A stretch of DNA of 63,641 bases from a virus (lineage: Duplodnaviria > Caudoviricetes). Position 1 is the stretch's first letter; each line of letters begins with the position of its first letter. The notes below the pieces were generated by a model. That model did no database searches. It saw nothing but the letters and a program-made list of their open reading frames with translations, and was not told the DNA's origin. Of this stretch, positions 35,425 to 45,812 are shown one piece after another. Position numbers and translations under genes: made by a program. Where the stretch lies: the IMG/VR virus record IMGVR_UViG_3300024502_000002, positions 1 through 63,641 of that record. The stretch is one strand, 5' to 3'.

Positions 35425-36237
35425 ATGCAAATCCTCCAAGATCAGAATGAGTTCAACGTCATCTTCGTTCACTCTAAGCTCGATGACGCAGGTTTAACCC
35501 CATACGCTTTTCGCGTTTACTGCCACATCGCCAGACGTGCGAATCGAGCTAAATCCGCTTGGCCCGGAATCGGCAGTATTGCCAAGATATGCGAGATGTC
35601 TGAAAGCACCGCTCGCAGAGCCATTCAGGAGCTTGAAGATCGAGACATGCTGATGGTCCAGAGGTGCGCTGGTATCAACTACACCAATCTCTACACTCTA
35701 ACATCCACAGATCAATGGAAGGAGAAAAAGGAAAATACCCCTGTCTCACAGACACCACCCCCCTTTCCCACAGACACCCCTCCCCTGTCTGTGGGACACC
35801 CTAAGGTAATCCAAGAAGGTAATCCATATATTCCCGAATTAAAAAATTCGGGCCACGCGCCCCTTGAGTTATTCTCTTTTTCCAATCCAGTCGAGAAGGA
35901 AGCAATTCTAGCACCACAGACCAAACGACGCGGCAGACCACCGAATACCAGCAAACCGGCTGATCCTCGCCACAAGGAAGCGATAGACATGTGGACGACC
36001 CTCTGGAATCAGCGATTCTCGACCACCTACTCATTTCACCCCAAGGATGCCAAGCACCTCCAGACTTTTTTGGCCGCAAATCCATCCATAACAGTCGCAA
36101 AAATGAGAGAAGCCTTGGAGGGAATTTGGTCGCTCGAAGTCGAAAAGGGCGCTTTTGCCCCTAATTCCATCCGAATCCTCAACCTCTGCGACCTTTGCCT
36201 TCGCTGGAACACCATCATCGGGAACCTTGAAAAATGA
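35425..36237 (+). CDS. Replication initiator protein (N-terminal HTH)
   Basis: LTPYAFRVYCHIARR...WPGIGSIAKICEMSESTARRAIQELE; coupled to DnaB. Confidence 0.8.
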   Translation: MQILQDQNEFNVIFVHSKLDDAGLTPYAFRVYCHIARRANRAKSAWPGIGSIAKICEMSESTARRAIQELEDRDMLMVQRCAGINYTNLYTLTSTDQWKEKKENTPVSQTPPPFPTDTPPLSVGHPKVIQEGNPYIPELKNSGHAPLELFSFSNPVEKEAILAPQTKRRGRPPNTSKPADPRHKEAIDMWTTLWNQRFSTTYSFHPKDAKHLQTFLAANPSITVAKMREALEGIWSLEVEKGAFAPNSIRILNLCDLCLRWNTIIGNLEK

Positions 36238-37598
36238 CAAACCTCACCACCGAAGAACTCCTCGCCACGCTAAACGCCCCTCTTCCTGCCTCAAAGGAAG
36301 CCGAGGAGGGCATGATTTCGTGCCTGTTCTTCAACCCCAACTGGTGCGAACAAGCTCCTCCGGCTGAGCAGTTCTACCATCCCTCGCGCCGTCTGATCTA
36401 CTCCACGATCATCAACCAGTTCAACAAAGGACTCCCGGTGGACGTGATGGCAATTACGCACGTTTTCCGAGAGATGGGCAAGCTGGACGAAGTTGGCGGA
36501 CCTCATTACATCTCCGACCTTTACTCGTTCGCCATCCTCCAATCTCATTTTTCATACTATTCAGAGATTCTGAAAAGGAACTACCAGTTTCGTTGCATGA
36601 TTCATGCCTGTGCCGCTGGAATCCACGCTATAAGGCGATTTAACGAGTCGGAGGACGTTTCCGCTATGGACATACTCGGAGGGGTCCAAAAGGCTGTAAA
36701 TGAGGCTATTCTGGACGACGGAAGCCCCGATGTAGAATTTCGGCCACTCCCCGACATCATTCACGCGGTTGTTGACCAAATGGAGGACCGGGCAAAGAAC
36801 CCCGGAAGGATTCCCGGCGTCTCGACTGGTTTTCTCAAACTTGACGAGTATTCCGGCGGCTTGGAGGACGGAACTCTTACTGTCATCGCCGCCAAGCCAT
36901 CGGAGGGTAAATCGGCCCTTTGTCGCCAGATTGTCGAGAATGCCTGCCTCAGCAACCATCTTTGCGACATCTTTACCGTGGAAATGACGGATATTCAGGA
37001 GGTGACGCGTCTTTTGTGCTCTCAGGCAGGGGTTGACGCCCAAAACATGAAGCTGGGAATGCTTACCCGAGGCGAGCAACTGAGCCTAACCGCCAAGATG
37101 GCAAAGGTGGCGCAGTGGAATCTGCGGGTAATTGATTCGGCAAACCTAACCATTGAGAAGATTTGCCGCGCCGTGATCCGACGCTCGAAACAGCGGAAAC
37201 CGGGCCAGAAATACATTGTCGTAATCGACTACATCCAGATTTGCTCGACGGCTGAAAACACCGCGAACCGGGAACGTGAGGTGGCTCACATCACCAAAAC
37301 GGCCAAACAATGTGCCAAGGCCACCGGGGCTTGTTTCTTGATGCCCTCACAGCTTAATGACGCCAACGAGGCCCGAGAATCCCGCGCCATCGAGCAGGAC
37401 GCAGACAACTTCTGGATGATTGTCGATGTTGAGGACAAGGAACCAAAGAAGCCGTGGCAGAAAAAGAAGGAAGATGAACCAACCGATGATCGCGACCTGT
37501 TCCTGAAAAAGACCCGCAACGGCCAGCGGCGAAAGAGGGTTCCGCTTCGTGCCAACATGCGCTACTTCCGATTTGAACCGAGAGGGACTGAAGAATGA
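36234..37598 (+). CDS. dnaB: Replicative DNA helicase
   Basis: AAKPSEGKS Walker A, VIDYIQ, SQLN, RESRAIEQDAD, KTRNG. Confidence 0.95.
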   Translation: MTNLTTEELLATLNAPLPASKEAEEGMISCLFFNPNWCEQAPPAEQFYHPSRRLIYSTIINQFNKGLPVDVMAITHVFREMGKLDEVGGPHYISDLYSFAILQSHFSYYSEILKRNYQFRCMIHACAAGIHAIRRFNESEDVSAMDILGGVQKAVNEAILDDGSPDVEFRPLPDIIHAVVDQMEDRAKNPGRIPGVSTGFLKLDEYSGGLEDGTLTVIAAKPSEGKSALCRQIVENACLSNHLCDIFTVEMTDIQEVTRLLCSQAGVDAQNMKLGMLTRGEQLSLTAKMAKVAQWNLRVIDSANLTIEKICRAVIRRSKQRKPGQKYIVVIDYIQICSTAENTANREREVAHITKTAKQCAKATGACFLMPSQLNDANEARESRAIEQDADNFWMIVDVEDKEPKKPWQKKKEDEPTDDRDLFLKKTRNGQRRKRVPLRANMRYFRFEPRGTEE

Positions 37599-38197
37599 AA
37601 AAGCCATTTTACACACCAAACCGAAACGAAAAATTAGCCGCCGATTGGGGTTACACCGTATCAAATGACGGCTCTGTAATTACTGGTCCAAACGGTAATA
37701 TTTACGCACAGAGTCGCAACTCATCCGGCCATCTGGTGTTTTCTTTTGGTCCCAAAAAGGACAGGAAGAAATGCCAAGTTCATCGCTTTGTGGCGTGGTT
37801 TAAGTTTGGTGAAGCGATTTACGAACCAAACATTGTGTGTCGGCATCTGGACGGAAATCCGGGTAACAATCATCCAGACAACATTGCTTTAGGTAGCCAA
37901 TCAGACAACATGATGGACAGGCCCGCGAAAGATCGCCACTCTCACGCTTGGAATACTTCAAGGCATACTCTAAAACACGACCATGAGGCAGTGATTGAGT
38001 TCTATAAACAAAATGGGTTCAAAAAGACGATGGTTCAATTCGGCATATCAAGCAAAGGAACCTTGTCATTCATTATAAACAAAACACAGACCGCAAAGCC
38101 AGTTTTACCAAGCGAGAGGCCGAAGAGGAAGACTAATACGACCCCATCCGCCGAACCTACTCCAAACTCGTTTGACACACTCCACCAATTAACGTAA
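37595..38197 (+). CDS. HNH endonuclease
   Basis: VHRFVA...CRHLDGNPGNNHPDNIALGSQSDNMMD. Confidence 0.88.
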   Translation: MKKPFYTPNRNEKLAADWGYTVSNDGSVITGPNGNIYAQSRNSSGHLVFSFGPKKDRKKCQVHRFVAWFKFGEAIYEPNIVCRHLDGNPGNNHPDNIALGSQSDNMMDRPAKDRHSHAWNTSRHTLKHDHEAVIEFYKQNGFKKTMVQFGISSKGTLSFIINKTQTAKPVLPSERPKRKTNTTPSAEPTPNSFDTLHQLT

Positions 38198-38200
38198 GGT
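38172..38200 (+). promoter_or_regulatory. Promoter TTGACA-N17-TAAGGT
   Basis: Repeated promoter class; ATG at 38211. Confidence 0.7.
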
Positions 38201-38210
38201 TGGATTCGAT

Positions 38211-38741
38211 ATGACACCCGCCGAAACCGCCGCACAACTCCGCCTCGCTGCTGACTGGCTTGAGAAAAATATGCTTGATCAGCAAAAGCCCTTTACCCTT
38301 CCAACGCCACCCCCGTGGATCGAGTGGCACGGCGGCGAGTGCCCGTTGAATGATGAGGAGGTGGAGGAGTGGGAAGTTCGTTACAGCAACAATGGCACTG
38401 CAATTTTTTATATGCCTCCATCGCTCGGCGCAGGCTGGATTGGTGACGATATATACAAAGCCTACCGCGTCCTTAAATGGCGCGAGAAGAAGCCGAAGGT
38501 GCCGCTTGGACCGGAGGATGTCACCCCGTTTACTAGGCTTCGTGTAAAGGTGCAATCGCCTGATTACAGGTTTATTTCTTGGATTGCGCCTCTTTCTGTA
38601 AATCAGGATGGCATCCTCGTGGCTGCTCGATCAAATGTTGTGGAAATTAGCTGGGAAACACTCAAGTTAGATTACGAACGCAACGACTCTCTTGAAACCG
38701 GCAAATGGGACGCAAACGCTTGGCAGGCTTGCGAGAAGTAA
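38211..38741 (+). CDS. Hypothetical phage protein
   Basis: WIEWHGGECP...AYRV motif. Confidence 0.7.
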   Translation: MTPAETAAQLRLAADWLEKNMLDQQKPFTLPTPPPWIEWHGGECPLNDEEVEEWEVRYSNNGTAIFYMPPSLGAGWIGDDIYKAYRVLKWREKKPKVPLGPEDVTPFTRLRVKVQSPDYRFISWIAPLSVNQDGILVAARSNVVEISWETLKLDYERNDSLETGKWDANAWQACEK

Positions 38742-38777
38742 TTTGCAAATCTCACCTTGACGCCTAATCTGCCTTGA

Positions 38778-40649
38778 ATGGCAGGCAAAACAGCAGACAA
38801 CCGCGTCATCAAGTATGGGCGCGTCTGGCCCAATAAACCTTGGGGACCAAAGAACAGGATCATCCCCTGTCCCGATTGGTATATCGAGCTTTGCATTCTT
38901 CGTGATTACGAGCGGATGAAGTCCCTGCCGGGAAACAAGCTGGTTAGCTGGCAGCAGCATTTTGTGAACTTCACAAAGATCATCTTTGGTGATCCAAGGG
39001 GGATTTTTTACTTTGAGTGGAATCCGAACGCCATGCGGATTCTGGACAACTTTTACAGACACAACATACTTGCGATTGCTGGTCACAAAAGTTCAGGAAA
39101 AACTGAAAGTTTGGCCCTCATTGGTGCCATGTGGTTTTTCCTCTTCCCAAAAGACACCAAGGTAATCGTCACCTCAACTACGGTAGCCGCCGCCAAAGAC
39201 AAGGTATGGGGTAAAATCAAGCTCATTTGGATTCACCTCGAAAAGTTCTTCGGTCCCAACGTCATGCCGGGGAAGCTGGTGGATTCGCAAAACCGCATTC
39301 GCTACGAGTTCCAAGGTGTCAAATCCGAAACGCGAGGCATCGTTCTCTTGGCCTCCGAAAGCTCCTCTGAGAAAGAGTCTGCCGACAAACTCCAAGGAAC
39401 GAAGGCTGAACGCATGATCGTGATGGGGGATGAGTTCGCCACACTGAAGCATTCCCTGCTCAACACGGTTCTGAACAACCTCACGGCCAACAAGCAATGT
39501 AAGCTGGCGGGCGCATTCAACCCGAATAGTTACTACGATCCGGGTGGCATCATCTCCCGACCCAAAGGGGGCTGGTCAACTGTAACAGAGGATGACATTG
39601 AATGGGAGACGGAGATCGAACCATTTGGCCTCAAAGGATACTGCATCCGTTTTGACGGTGAAAAATCCCCCAACGTCGTCCTTGGCGAGGAAAGGTGGAA
39701 GGGGCTGCTCACACTCGAAAAGCTGCAACAGATCGGCCCCATTGGAACCAAGACCAAGGGCTACTACGAGCAGATTCGTGGCTACTGGAGTCCGGCTGGC
39801 GACCTCGATTCCATCTACACCGAGACGGAAATCGTCAAGTATGGGGCAGACCGCCCGGTTACGACATGGGTTGAGCCTCCCGTGATGGTGGCCGCTCTTG
39901 ACCCCGGCTTCGTGCATGGTGGCGACCGTGCTGCTCTCGCCATCGGGAAATCTGGTGTGGCTGTTAACGTGGACACACAAACTCGGCAAAAGGTGTTTGA
40001 ACTGACGCACATCTACGTTCTTGATGACGACATCACGAACAAGACCATTTCCAAGGTTGAATGGGTGGTGAAGCTGACCAAGGAGAAGCTCAAAGAACAT
40101 GGTGTGGACATCCGAAACTTCGCCATTGACGCAACAGGCGGCGGCGAGCCTTTCAGCGCCCTCATTGCCCGCGACATTGGCATGGGATTCATCAACGTAT
40201 GCTTCTCGGGTAGGGCCTCTGACATGCCAGTTTCCCGCAATGACAATCGCAAAGGAAGCGAGCGGTTCTTCAACATGGCCTCCGAGCTTTGGTATGTGGG
40301 CCGGGAACTCGTCAGAACAGGCCAGCTTCGAGGATTGAAGCCAGACGTGGTGGCGGAGCTTTGCGCCCGAACCTACAAGGAGAAAGCCAACGTGGTTCAG
40401 ATCGAGTCGAAGAAGGACATGAGGCTAAGGACTAAGAAAAGTCCCGACATCGGAGATTGCACACTTATGGCACTTTTTGTCGCCCGTGTCCGCCACGGTC
40501 TGTCCTCCAACGAGAAAGCCGCTGTTGTGATCCGGCCTCGCAAAATGGCGGAGTTTGACCTTGCCTTCTTGACCAAGAAACCAACGCAGAGTATGCTTCC
40601 TGACAGCCGACTCATCTCATTCGGAGGTGGGTGGGCGAAACAGATATGA
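38778..40649 (+). CDS. terL: Terminase large subunit
   Basis: AGHKSSGKT Walker A, IVMGDE Walker B, AFNP, LDPGF..GGDR and KSPDIGD nuclease motifs. Confidence 0.92.
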   Translation: MAGKTADNRVIKYGRVWPNKPWGPKNRIIPCPDWYIELCILRDYERMKSLPGNKLVSWQQHFVNFTKIIFGDPRGIFYFEWNPNAMRILDNFYRHNILAIAGHKSSGKTESLALIGAMWFFLFPKDTKVIVTSTTVAAAKDKVWGKIKLIWIHLEKFFGPNVMPGKLVDSQNRIRYEFQGVKSETRGIVLLASESSSEKESADKLQGTKAERMIVMGDEFATLKHSLLNTVLNNLTANKQCKLAGAFNPNSYYDPGGIISRPKGGWSTVTEDDIEWETEIEPFGLKGYCIRFDGEKSPNVVLGEERWKGLLTLEKLQQIGPIGTKTKGYYEQIRGYWSPAGDLDSIYTETEIVKYGADRPVTTWVEPPVMVAALDPGFVHGGDRAALAIGKSGVAVNVDTQTRQKVFELTHIYVLDDDITNKTISKVEWVVKLTKEKLKEHGVDIRNFAIDATGGGEPFSALIARDIGMGFINVCFSGRASDMPVSRNDNRKGSERFFNMASELWYVGRELVRTGQLRGLKPDVVAELCARTYKEKANVVQIESKKDMRLRTKKSPDIGDCTLMALFVARVRHGLSSNEKAAVVIRPRKMAEFDLAFLTKKPTQSMLPDSRLISFGGGWAKQI

Positions 40650-40833
40650 ACATCAAAAAACTTTTCAGTCCATCATCTCATTCCGATCCTGACGGAGTGC
40701 CCACTGAGCCTAAATCAGGTTGGGCGTCTATCAACACAGAGGAAGGCACTCCGAGCGCCGATCATCAAATCGCAGAAAAGGTCAAAATACACCGCGAGGA
40801 ACAACTGAAAGCTCACATTTTAAGCAAGCTCTG

Positions 40834-41169
40834 ATGAACCGCCGCTCTATTTTCAAGACTACTGCTGGTGCTCTTTGCGCTTCTGCTATTGAGGTTTGCG
40901 GCGTTGAGCCTACAATGCCCAAAGTAGGAAAGGTTGTCGCTAATCCAGAGTGGATGACTGCTGAATATGAAGACTTTTTACTCGCCTGCATTGATCCTCG
41001 AAATTCAAATTATACGTTTGTCCGGGTAAAAAGAGAGATGGGGACAACATCGTCTGCTATCACGCTTGATGATCCCATGAAAGGCATTTACGCCACTCAA
41101 ATTGGTAGATCAAATCTCATCGACGGCCAGTATGTTGAAGTTTACCCTTACATTGTTGAACAAATTTGA
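40834..41169 (+). CDS. Protein with twin-arginine-like N-terminus and MCP-like motifs
   Basis: MNRRSIFK; NPEWMTAEYE; RSNLIDGQYVEVYPY. Confidence 0.65.
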   Translation: MNRRSIFKTTAGALCASAIEVCGVEPTMPKVGKVVANPEWMTAEYEDFLLACIDPRNSNYTFVRVKREMGTTSSAITLDDPMKGIYATQIGRSNLIDGQYVEVYPYIVEQI

Positions 41170-41250
41170 CATCTGCCATCAAATAGCATAAATGGCGCTG
41201 GCCTGATCGCGTCAACAATCAGGCCAGCTAACCTCAACCATGAAAACACC

Positions 41251-41943
41251 ATGAATGAAGCGTCCAATAACGAACAGTCCATTGCCCTACCAGTCAAGTT
41301 TAGAAAACCTGAAAAGAACATTGTTGGAAGAAGATTTGGCAAATTACAGATCGTCAACTTTAGCCACATTGGTAAGCATTACGTTAAATTTTGGGACTGT
41401 ATTTGCGACTGCGGGGCTTCAAAGAAAATCTCAGGAGACAATTTGATTAAAGGGCGCACCAAAAGTTGCGGCTGCCTTAACAGGGAACTAAAGCCAACAT
41501 TTAAGCATGGGCACCATCCTAGAACTGGAGCTAGCCCCGAGTATGCAGTTTGGCGGTCAATGAAAAGACGGGTTTTGAACCCAAAATGCGAACATTTTGA
41601 CCGGTATGGAGGTCGTGGTATCAAATGCTGTGATAGATGGCTCAACAGTTTTGAGGATTTCTTTGCTGATATGGGTAAAAGGCCATCATTATTACATTCC
41701 ATAGACAGAATTAACAATGATGGTGATTACGAGCCTAATAATTGCAGGTGGGCAACAAAGAAGCAACAGGCCAGATCGCGTTGCAGTAGTAGATATATTG
41801 AATACAACGGAGAAACAAAAACTCTGGCCGAATGGGCCGAAGGGGCTAATATGGATTTACGAGCCTTGTGGCAAAGATTAAAGCGCGGATGGAGCATGGA
41901 AAAATCACTAACAACATCACTGGATAGGAAAAAGCAGCCATGA
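41251..41943 (+). CDS. AP2/HNH-type endonuclease
   Basis: GRRFGKL...CDCG...SCGC...YGGRGI...SIDRINNDGDYEPNNCRWAT. Confidence 0.9.
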   Translation: MNEASNNEQSIALPVKFRKPEKNIVGRRFGKLQIVNFSHIGKHYVKFWDCICDCGASKKISGDNLIKGRTKSCGCLNRELKPTFKHGHHPRTGASPEYAVWRSMKRRVLNPKCEHFDRYGGRGIKCCDRWLNSFEDFFADMGKRPSLLHSIDRINNDGDYEPNNCRWATKKQQARSRCSSRYIEYNGETKTLAEWAEGANMDLRALWQRLKRGWSMEKSLTTSLDRKKQP

Positions 41944-44330
41944 TTATAAGCCTGATACATGCAACGAGGAGGCAGGCGGAAGCAAAAGCCTGTCAAAAAC
42001 TGTGGATGGATCGCTGCGAACACGATCCTAATGTCGAAATCATAACTGCTGTCGATCACGATGATGTTGAATCACAGAAGGCATTTCCTGATGCGGTTGT
42101 GGCTTATGGTCAGGAAGGTGTGTGCAAGGCATGGAATGCTGCCGCAGAGAAGGCCACTGGAGACATTTTGGTTGTAGTAGATGACGATTTTGAGCCCTGT
42201 TTTGGTTGGAATGAAGTCATTCGATCATATATGGCGAACGGAGCTGATGTCCTGCATGTTGGAGACAAGCATCGCAAAGATCAGCTCCTTTGTCACCCGA
42301 TTGTATCTAGACGCTTTTACGAATCGGTTGGCTACATTTTTCACAAAAGTTTCCGTAGCGTGTATTCCGACAACTGGTTTACCGAAGTAGCAAAACGCTG
42401 GGGCTACGTTGATGCCACACAGGGCGGTAAGGTTGACCTTGGCTTTGTTCACAAGAATCCCTCACAAGGATATGGCACCGAGGACGAAGTAGCCCGCAAA
42501 TCCAACTCCAAGGAACGCTACGCGCACGGCAAAGCGGTTTTCGACAAGCTCCAGAACCAAACCATTCTTGCGTTCACCTGCGCTGATCGTCCGCAATACC
42601 TCAAGCCTACGCTGGATTCATGGCTTGGCACCGATCTAAACCTCGCCTCATCCGTCCATTTCTTCATCGAGCCAACGGACAAGCGTGATGAATGCGTGGC
42701 GGTTATTGACGAGTTCGCCGCCAAGTCTCCTGTTCCGATTATCAAGCACTTCAACAAGGAGAAGCTCGGAGTTCTTCGCAATCCTTGGCATCTGTTTGAC
42801 CACTGTTTCCGCATCGAAGGCGCGAAGTATGTGATCCTTGGCGAGGACGACTTTTTGGTTTCGCCGGATGTGCTAGACTTTTTCACTTACTCCAAACTTG
42901 AGTTTAGCACAAAAACGATGGCCGTTTGCGCCAAATGGGTAGGAAAGAATGCAGACAACAACCCGGCAACGTGGCATCGCACGACCGAGTTCACGGGAAA
43001 CATCTGGATGGTTGACGACATTAGCTGGAGTCGTCACCTCCGTGACACTTGGGACTTCGACTATTCGAGCGGTGCTGCTGATGAATCCCCTAGCGGATGG
43101 GACTGGAATATCCAGCTTCGCGTCATGCCGAAGAACGATCTTCACTGCATCGTTCCGACCGCCTCTCGATCAAAGCACATCGGTATTTCCGGCGTCCATT
43201 GCACCGATGAGGTTTTTAAGGACACTGTGGCGTGGAACTTCGTAGAGAAGCCTTACAAGGGCGAGTATCGAGCCTTCGAGAAAGTTGAAATCAAGGATGT
43301 GGCAGGTCGGGATTACCCCATCAGCGGTGATCCTGTCGTTGTCTCATCATCGGGCGACTTGGGGGATTGCGTCGTCTCCCTCGCCACGCTGGTTCACAAG
43401 GGCAATCCAGCCATCTACCACCTTTGGGACGATGGACTCACCAAGGGTATTGTTGCCCGCGAGAAATTTATCCGCCCGTTCCTTGAAAGCCAGCCGATCA
43501 TCAAGGAGGTCAAGATCGGTCGCCCCGAGCAATGCGATTGGCGTTCGGAGGACTTCCGCAACCGTCGAATCCATGATGGCACCTCGAATCTGGCCTCAGT
43601 TCATGCCATACACGCCAAGATGTTTGGCTTCATTGATGAAGTTCCGGTTTTCGACAAGCCTTGGCTGGTGATTTCTGACTTCGAGAAGCATGGGCGCATC
43701 GTGGTGAATCGCAGCCCACGTTATCATAATGACAGTTTCCCGTGGATGAAAGTCGTCCAGCACTACGGAAGTCGCCTGCTTTTTGTTGGTCTTGACGAGG
43801 AATACGCCGCCTTCAGCCAGTTCGGAAACGTGGAAAGGGCGAAAATTGGCTCCATGCTAGAACTCGCCAAGCTCATCGCCGGAAGCTCGCTATTCATTGG
43901 CAATCAGTCCGTTGCCATGACGATTGCCGAGGGCTTGAAGCATCCTCGCATCCAAGAAGCCTGCCTGACACTGCCAGACTGCATCTATCCGCCTTCCAAT
44001 GCTCAATATGTGGGCAATGGCAAGGTGACGCTGCCAGACATCAACGGCTCTGGCGTGCTCGAAATCACCCCTCCTGTGGCGCTTCCTGATGGAACGGAAA
44101 CCCCTCCCGGTGGATGGCAGTTCCGAGGCCTGCCGAAGGGCTTGATGCACCCGAACGCGGCGATTGCGCTGATGAAACAGCAGATGCCGCATTTGCCCAA
44201 ATACGAGCTAATCACGATGCTCATGGAGTTCAACCGTGATCGCTGCCCGGACTTCTTCGATAAAAGTGCGCTTGACAGAGGGCAGGCTAAGTTTAGGCTC
44301 GCCATGCGAAACGCCGGACATCAAATATGA
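41940..44330 (+). CDS. Multidomain glycosyltransferase (two GT-A domains plus a GT9-like domain)
   Basis: AWNAAA...VVDDD; DRPQYL...LGEDDFLVSPD...WDW; GDLGD...LFIGNQS. Confidence 0.82.
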   Translation: MIISLIHATRRQAEAKACQKLWMDRCEHDPNVEIITAVDHDDVESQKAFPDAVVAYGQEGVCKAWNAAAEKATGDILVVVDDDFEPCFGWNEVIRSYMANGADVLHVGDKHRKDQLLCHPIVSRRFYESVGYIFHKSFRSVYSDNWFTEVAKRWGYVDATQGGKVDLGFVHKNPSQGYGTEDEVARKSNSKERYAHGKAVFDKLQNQTILAFTCADRPQYLKPTLDSWLGTDLNLASSVHFFIEPTDKRDECVAVIDEFAAKSPVPIIKHFNKEKLGVLRNPWHLFDHCFRIEGAKYVILGEDDFLVSPDVLDFFTYSKLEFSTKTMAVCAKWVGKNADNNPATWHRTTEFTGNIWMVDDISWSRHLRDTWDFDYSSGAADESPSGWDWNIQLRVMPKNDLHCIVPTASRSKHIGISGVHCTDEVFKDTVAWNFVEKPYKGEYRAFEKVEIKDVAGRDYPISGDPVVVSSSGDLGDCVVSLATLVHKGNPAIYHLWDDGLTKGIVAREKFIRPFLESQPIIKEVKIGRPEQCDWRSEDFRNRRIHDGTSNLASVHAIHAKMFGFIDEVPVFDKPWLVISDFEKHGRIVVNRSPRYHNDSFPWMKVVQHYGSRLLFVGLDEEYAAFSQFGNVERAKIGSMLELAKLIAGSSLFIGNQSVAMTIAEGLKHPRIQEACLTLPDCIYPPSNAQYVGNGKVTLPDINGSGVLEITPPVALPDGTETPPGGWQFRGLPKGLMHPNAAIALMKQQMPHLPKYELITMLMEFNRDRCPDFFDKSALDRGQAKFRLAMRNAGHQI

Positions 44331-44349
44331 ATTTCCAGCACACACACCA

Positions 44350-45438
44350 ATGAACCTAGTCCTCCCAGTTATCACAAACGACGCCGAACGCTTCAAGCTC
44401 CGCAATGATCTTCTGATCCAGTTTGGAGGTCTTCTTGACCACACAGCGACCATTATTCACGCTCCTAGCGTAAAAAAGGTGGCTCAATCTGAATACGACC
44501 GCCTTCGTGGTGTGTTTGGCGATGTCCAGATCGTGCAAATCACCGCCGAACTGAGCGATCCCAAGCCTGTCGTGAACCAGAATGTCATGTTCTACCATGC
44601 TGTGATGGCCCTCGGACGCCTGCGGAACAACCAGCCTTGGATTTACCTCGAAGCCGATGCAGCGCCTACCCAAAAGGACTGGGCAAATCGCCTCCAAAAC
44701 GCCTACCGGGCCAGTGGAGCGCACTACTTCGGGAACATCGTCCAGATGCCGGTTATCATCAACGGGCAGCTTGAAATCGAGTCCGGCGAAGAAATGATGA
44801 TGGGCGTTGGTGTTTACCCGCCTGACATGCTCAACCTCGACAATGGCATCCGTCCTCTGGTGATTGACCTTGGCAAGCAAGTCGGCAATCCCGGCGTTCC
44901 TTTTGACATCTACCTGCGTGGTGAGATGCGCCTGAAGGGCTGGGCCAACACGGACCTGATTGCTGACCAGTGGAACACGCACAAATACCGCGCCGTTCAG
45001 GGTGGTTTTGAGTGTGAAGCCGTCCCAACGGATCGTCTGGTTCGCAATCGTGGGGGCTTTGTGTCCTCCAAGGCGCTCGTCATTCACGGGTGCAAGGATG
45101 ACAGCCTTTACCAAATCCTGAAAGGCAACACCTTGTATGGGTGGACAGTGGAACGTGTGAATGGCGGATTTTCGCACAATATCGAAAATGTGGATGCGCC
45201 AGAACCCGCCAAAACCTCGGAAAAAGTGAGTGAAAAGGCTGTGGAAGCCGAAGCTCCCGCCCTCACCGAGGAGGAACTCGACATCCAGCGCCAAGTTGAG
45301 GAACGACTGGCCCGTGGCTCCTTGCGCCTGAACGTGTTTGCTGACGAGCTCGGGAAGACCACCAAGGAGGTGTCAGACATCCTCGCCAAGGTCGGTTTTG
45401 CCGTCCAGAAGCCTAGCGGTTGGGTTAAGAAAGCGTAA
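44350..45438 (+). CDS. Glycosyltransferase-like protein
   Basis: WIYLEADA DxD-like motif, GVGVYP, FDIY, VIHGCKDDS. Confidence 0.6.
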   Translation: MNLVLPVITNDAERFKLRNDLLIQFGGLLDHTATIIHAPSVKKVAQSEYDRLRGVFGDVQIVQITAELSDPKPVVNQNVMFYHAVMALGRLRNNQPWIYLEADAAPTQKDWANRLQNAYRASGAHYFGNIVQMPVIINGQLEIESGEEMMMGVGVYPPDMLNLDNGIRPLVIDLGKQVGNPGVPFDIYLRGEMRLKGWANTDLIADQWNTHKYRAVQGGFECEAVPTDRLVRNRGGFVSSKALVIHGCKDDSLYQILKGNTLYGWTVERVNGGFSHNIENVDAPEPAKTSEKVSEKAVEAEAPALTEEELDIQRQVEERLARGSLRLNVFADELGKTTKEVSDILAKVGFAVQKPSGWVKKA

Positions 45439-45440
45439 TT

Positions 45441-45812
45441 ATGAAACTCTATACTCTCGCACGCACACGGTCGGAATGCTTCGGACAAGGAGATTTCCGT
45501 GATGTCCAGTCGATCAGCCGGTTTAAGGACCAGTTTCCGCCTGTTTTCCTAAGTGAGGACGCCGCGAAGGAATGGCGGGAGCAGATCACCAACCCCCTGA
45601 CCAACGACGACCTTTTGGAGCGTTTTCATTGGTGTGAGTGTCAAGTGATTGAACTTGATCTTCAACGCGGCTCGTTCATCACTGAGGTAGAGAAGGCTGC
45701 TATCGCGTTTGCGAATGCCTTTACCGCCGAAAACGAGGACGCTGCGGAGGTTGAAAAGACCGTCCATGCCTTGATTGGGAGTCTGGAAGCAAATGGATGG
45801 AAGGCCGCTTAG
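45441..45812 (+). CDS. Hypothetical protein
   Basis: Last ORF of the + strand operon. Confidence 0.6.
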   Translation: MKLYTLARTRSECFGQGDFRDVQSISRFKDQFPPVFLSEDAAKEWREQITNPLTNDDLLERFHWCECQVIELDLQRGSFITEVEKAAIAFANAFTAENEDAAEVEKTVHALIGSLEANGWKAA

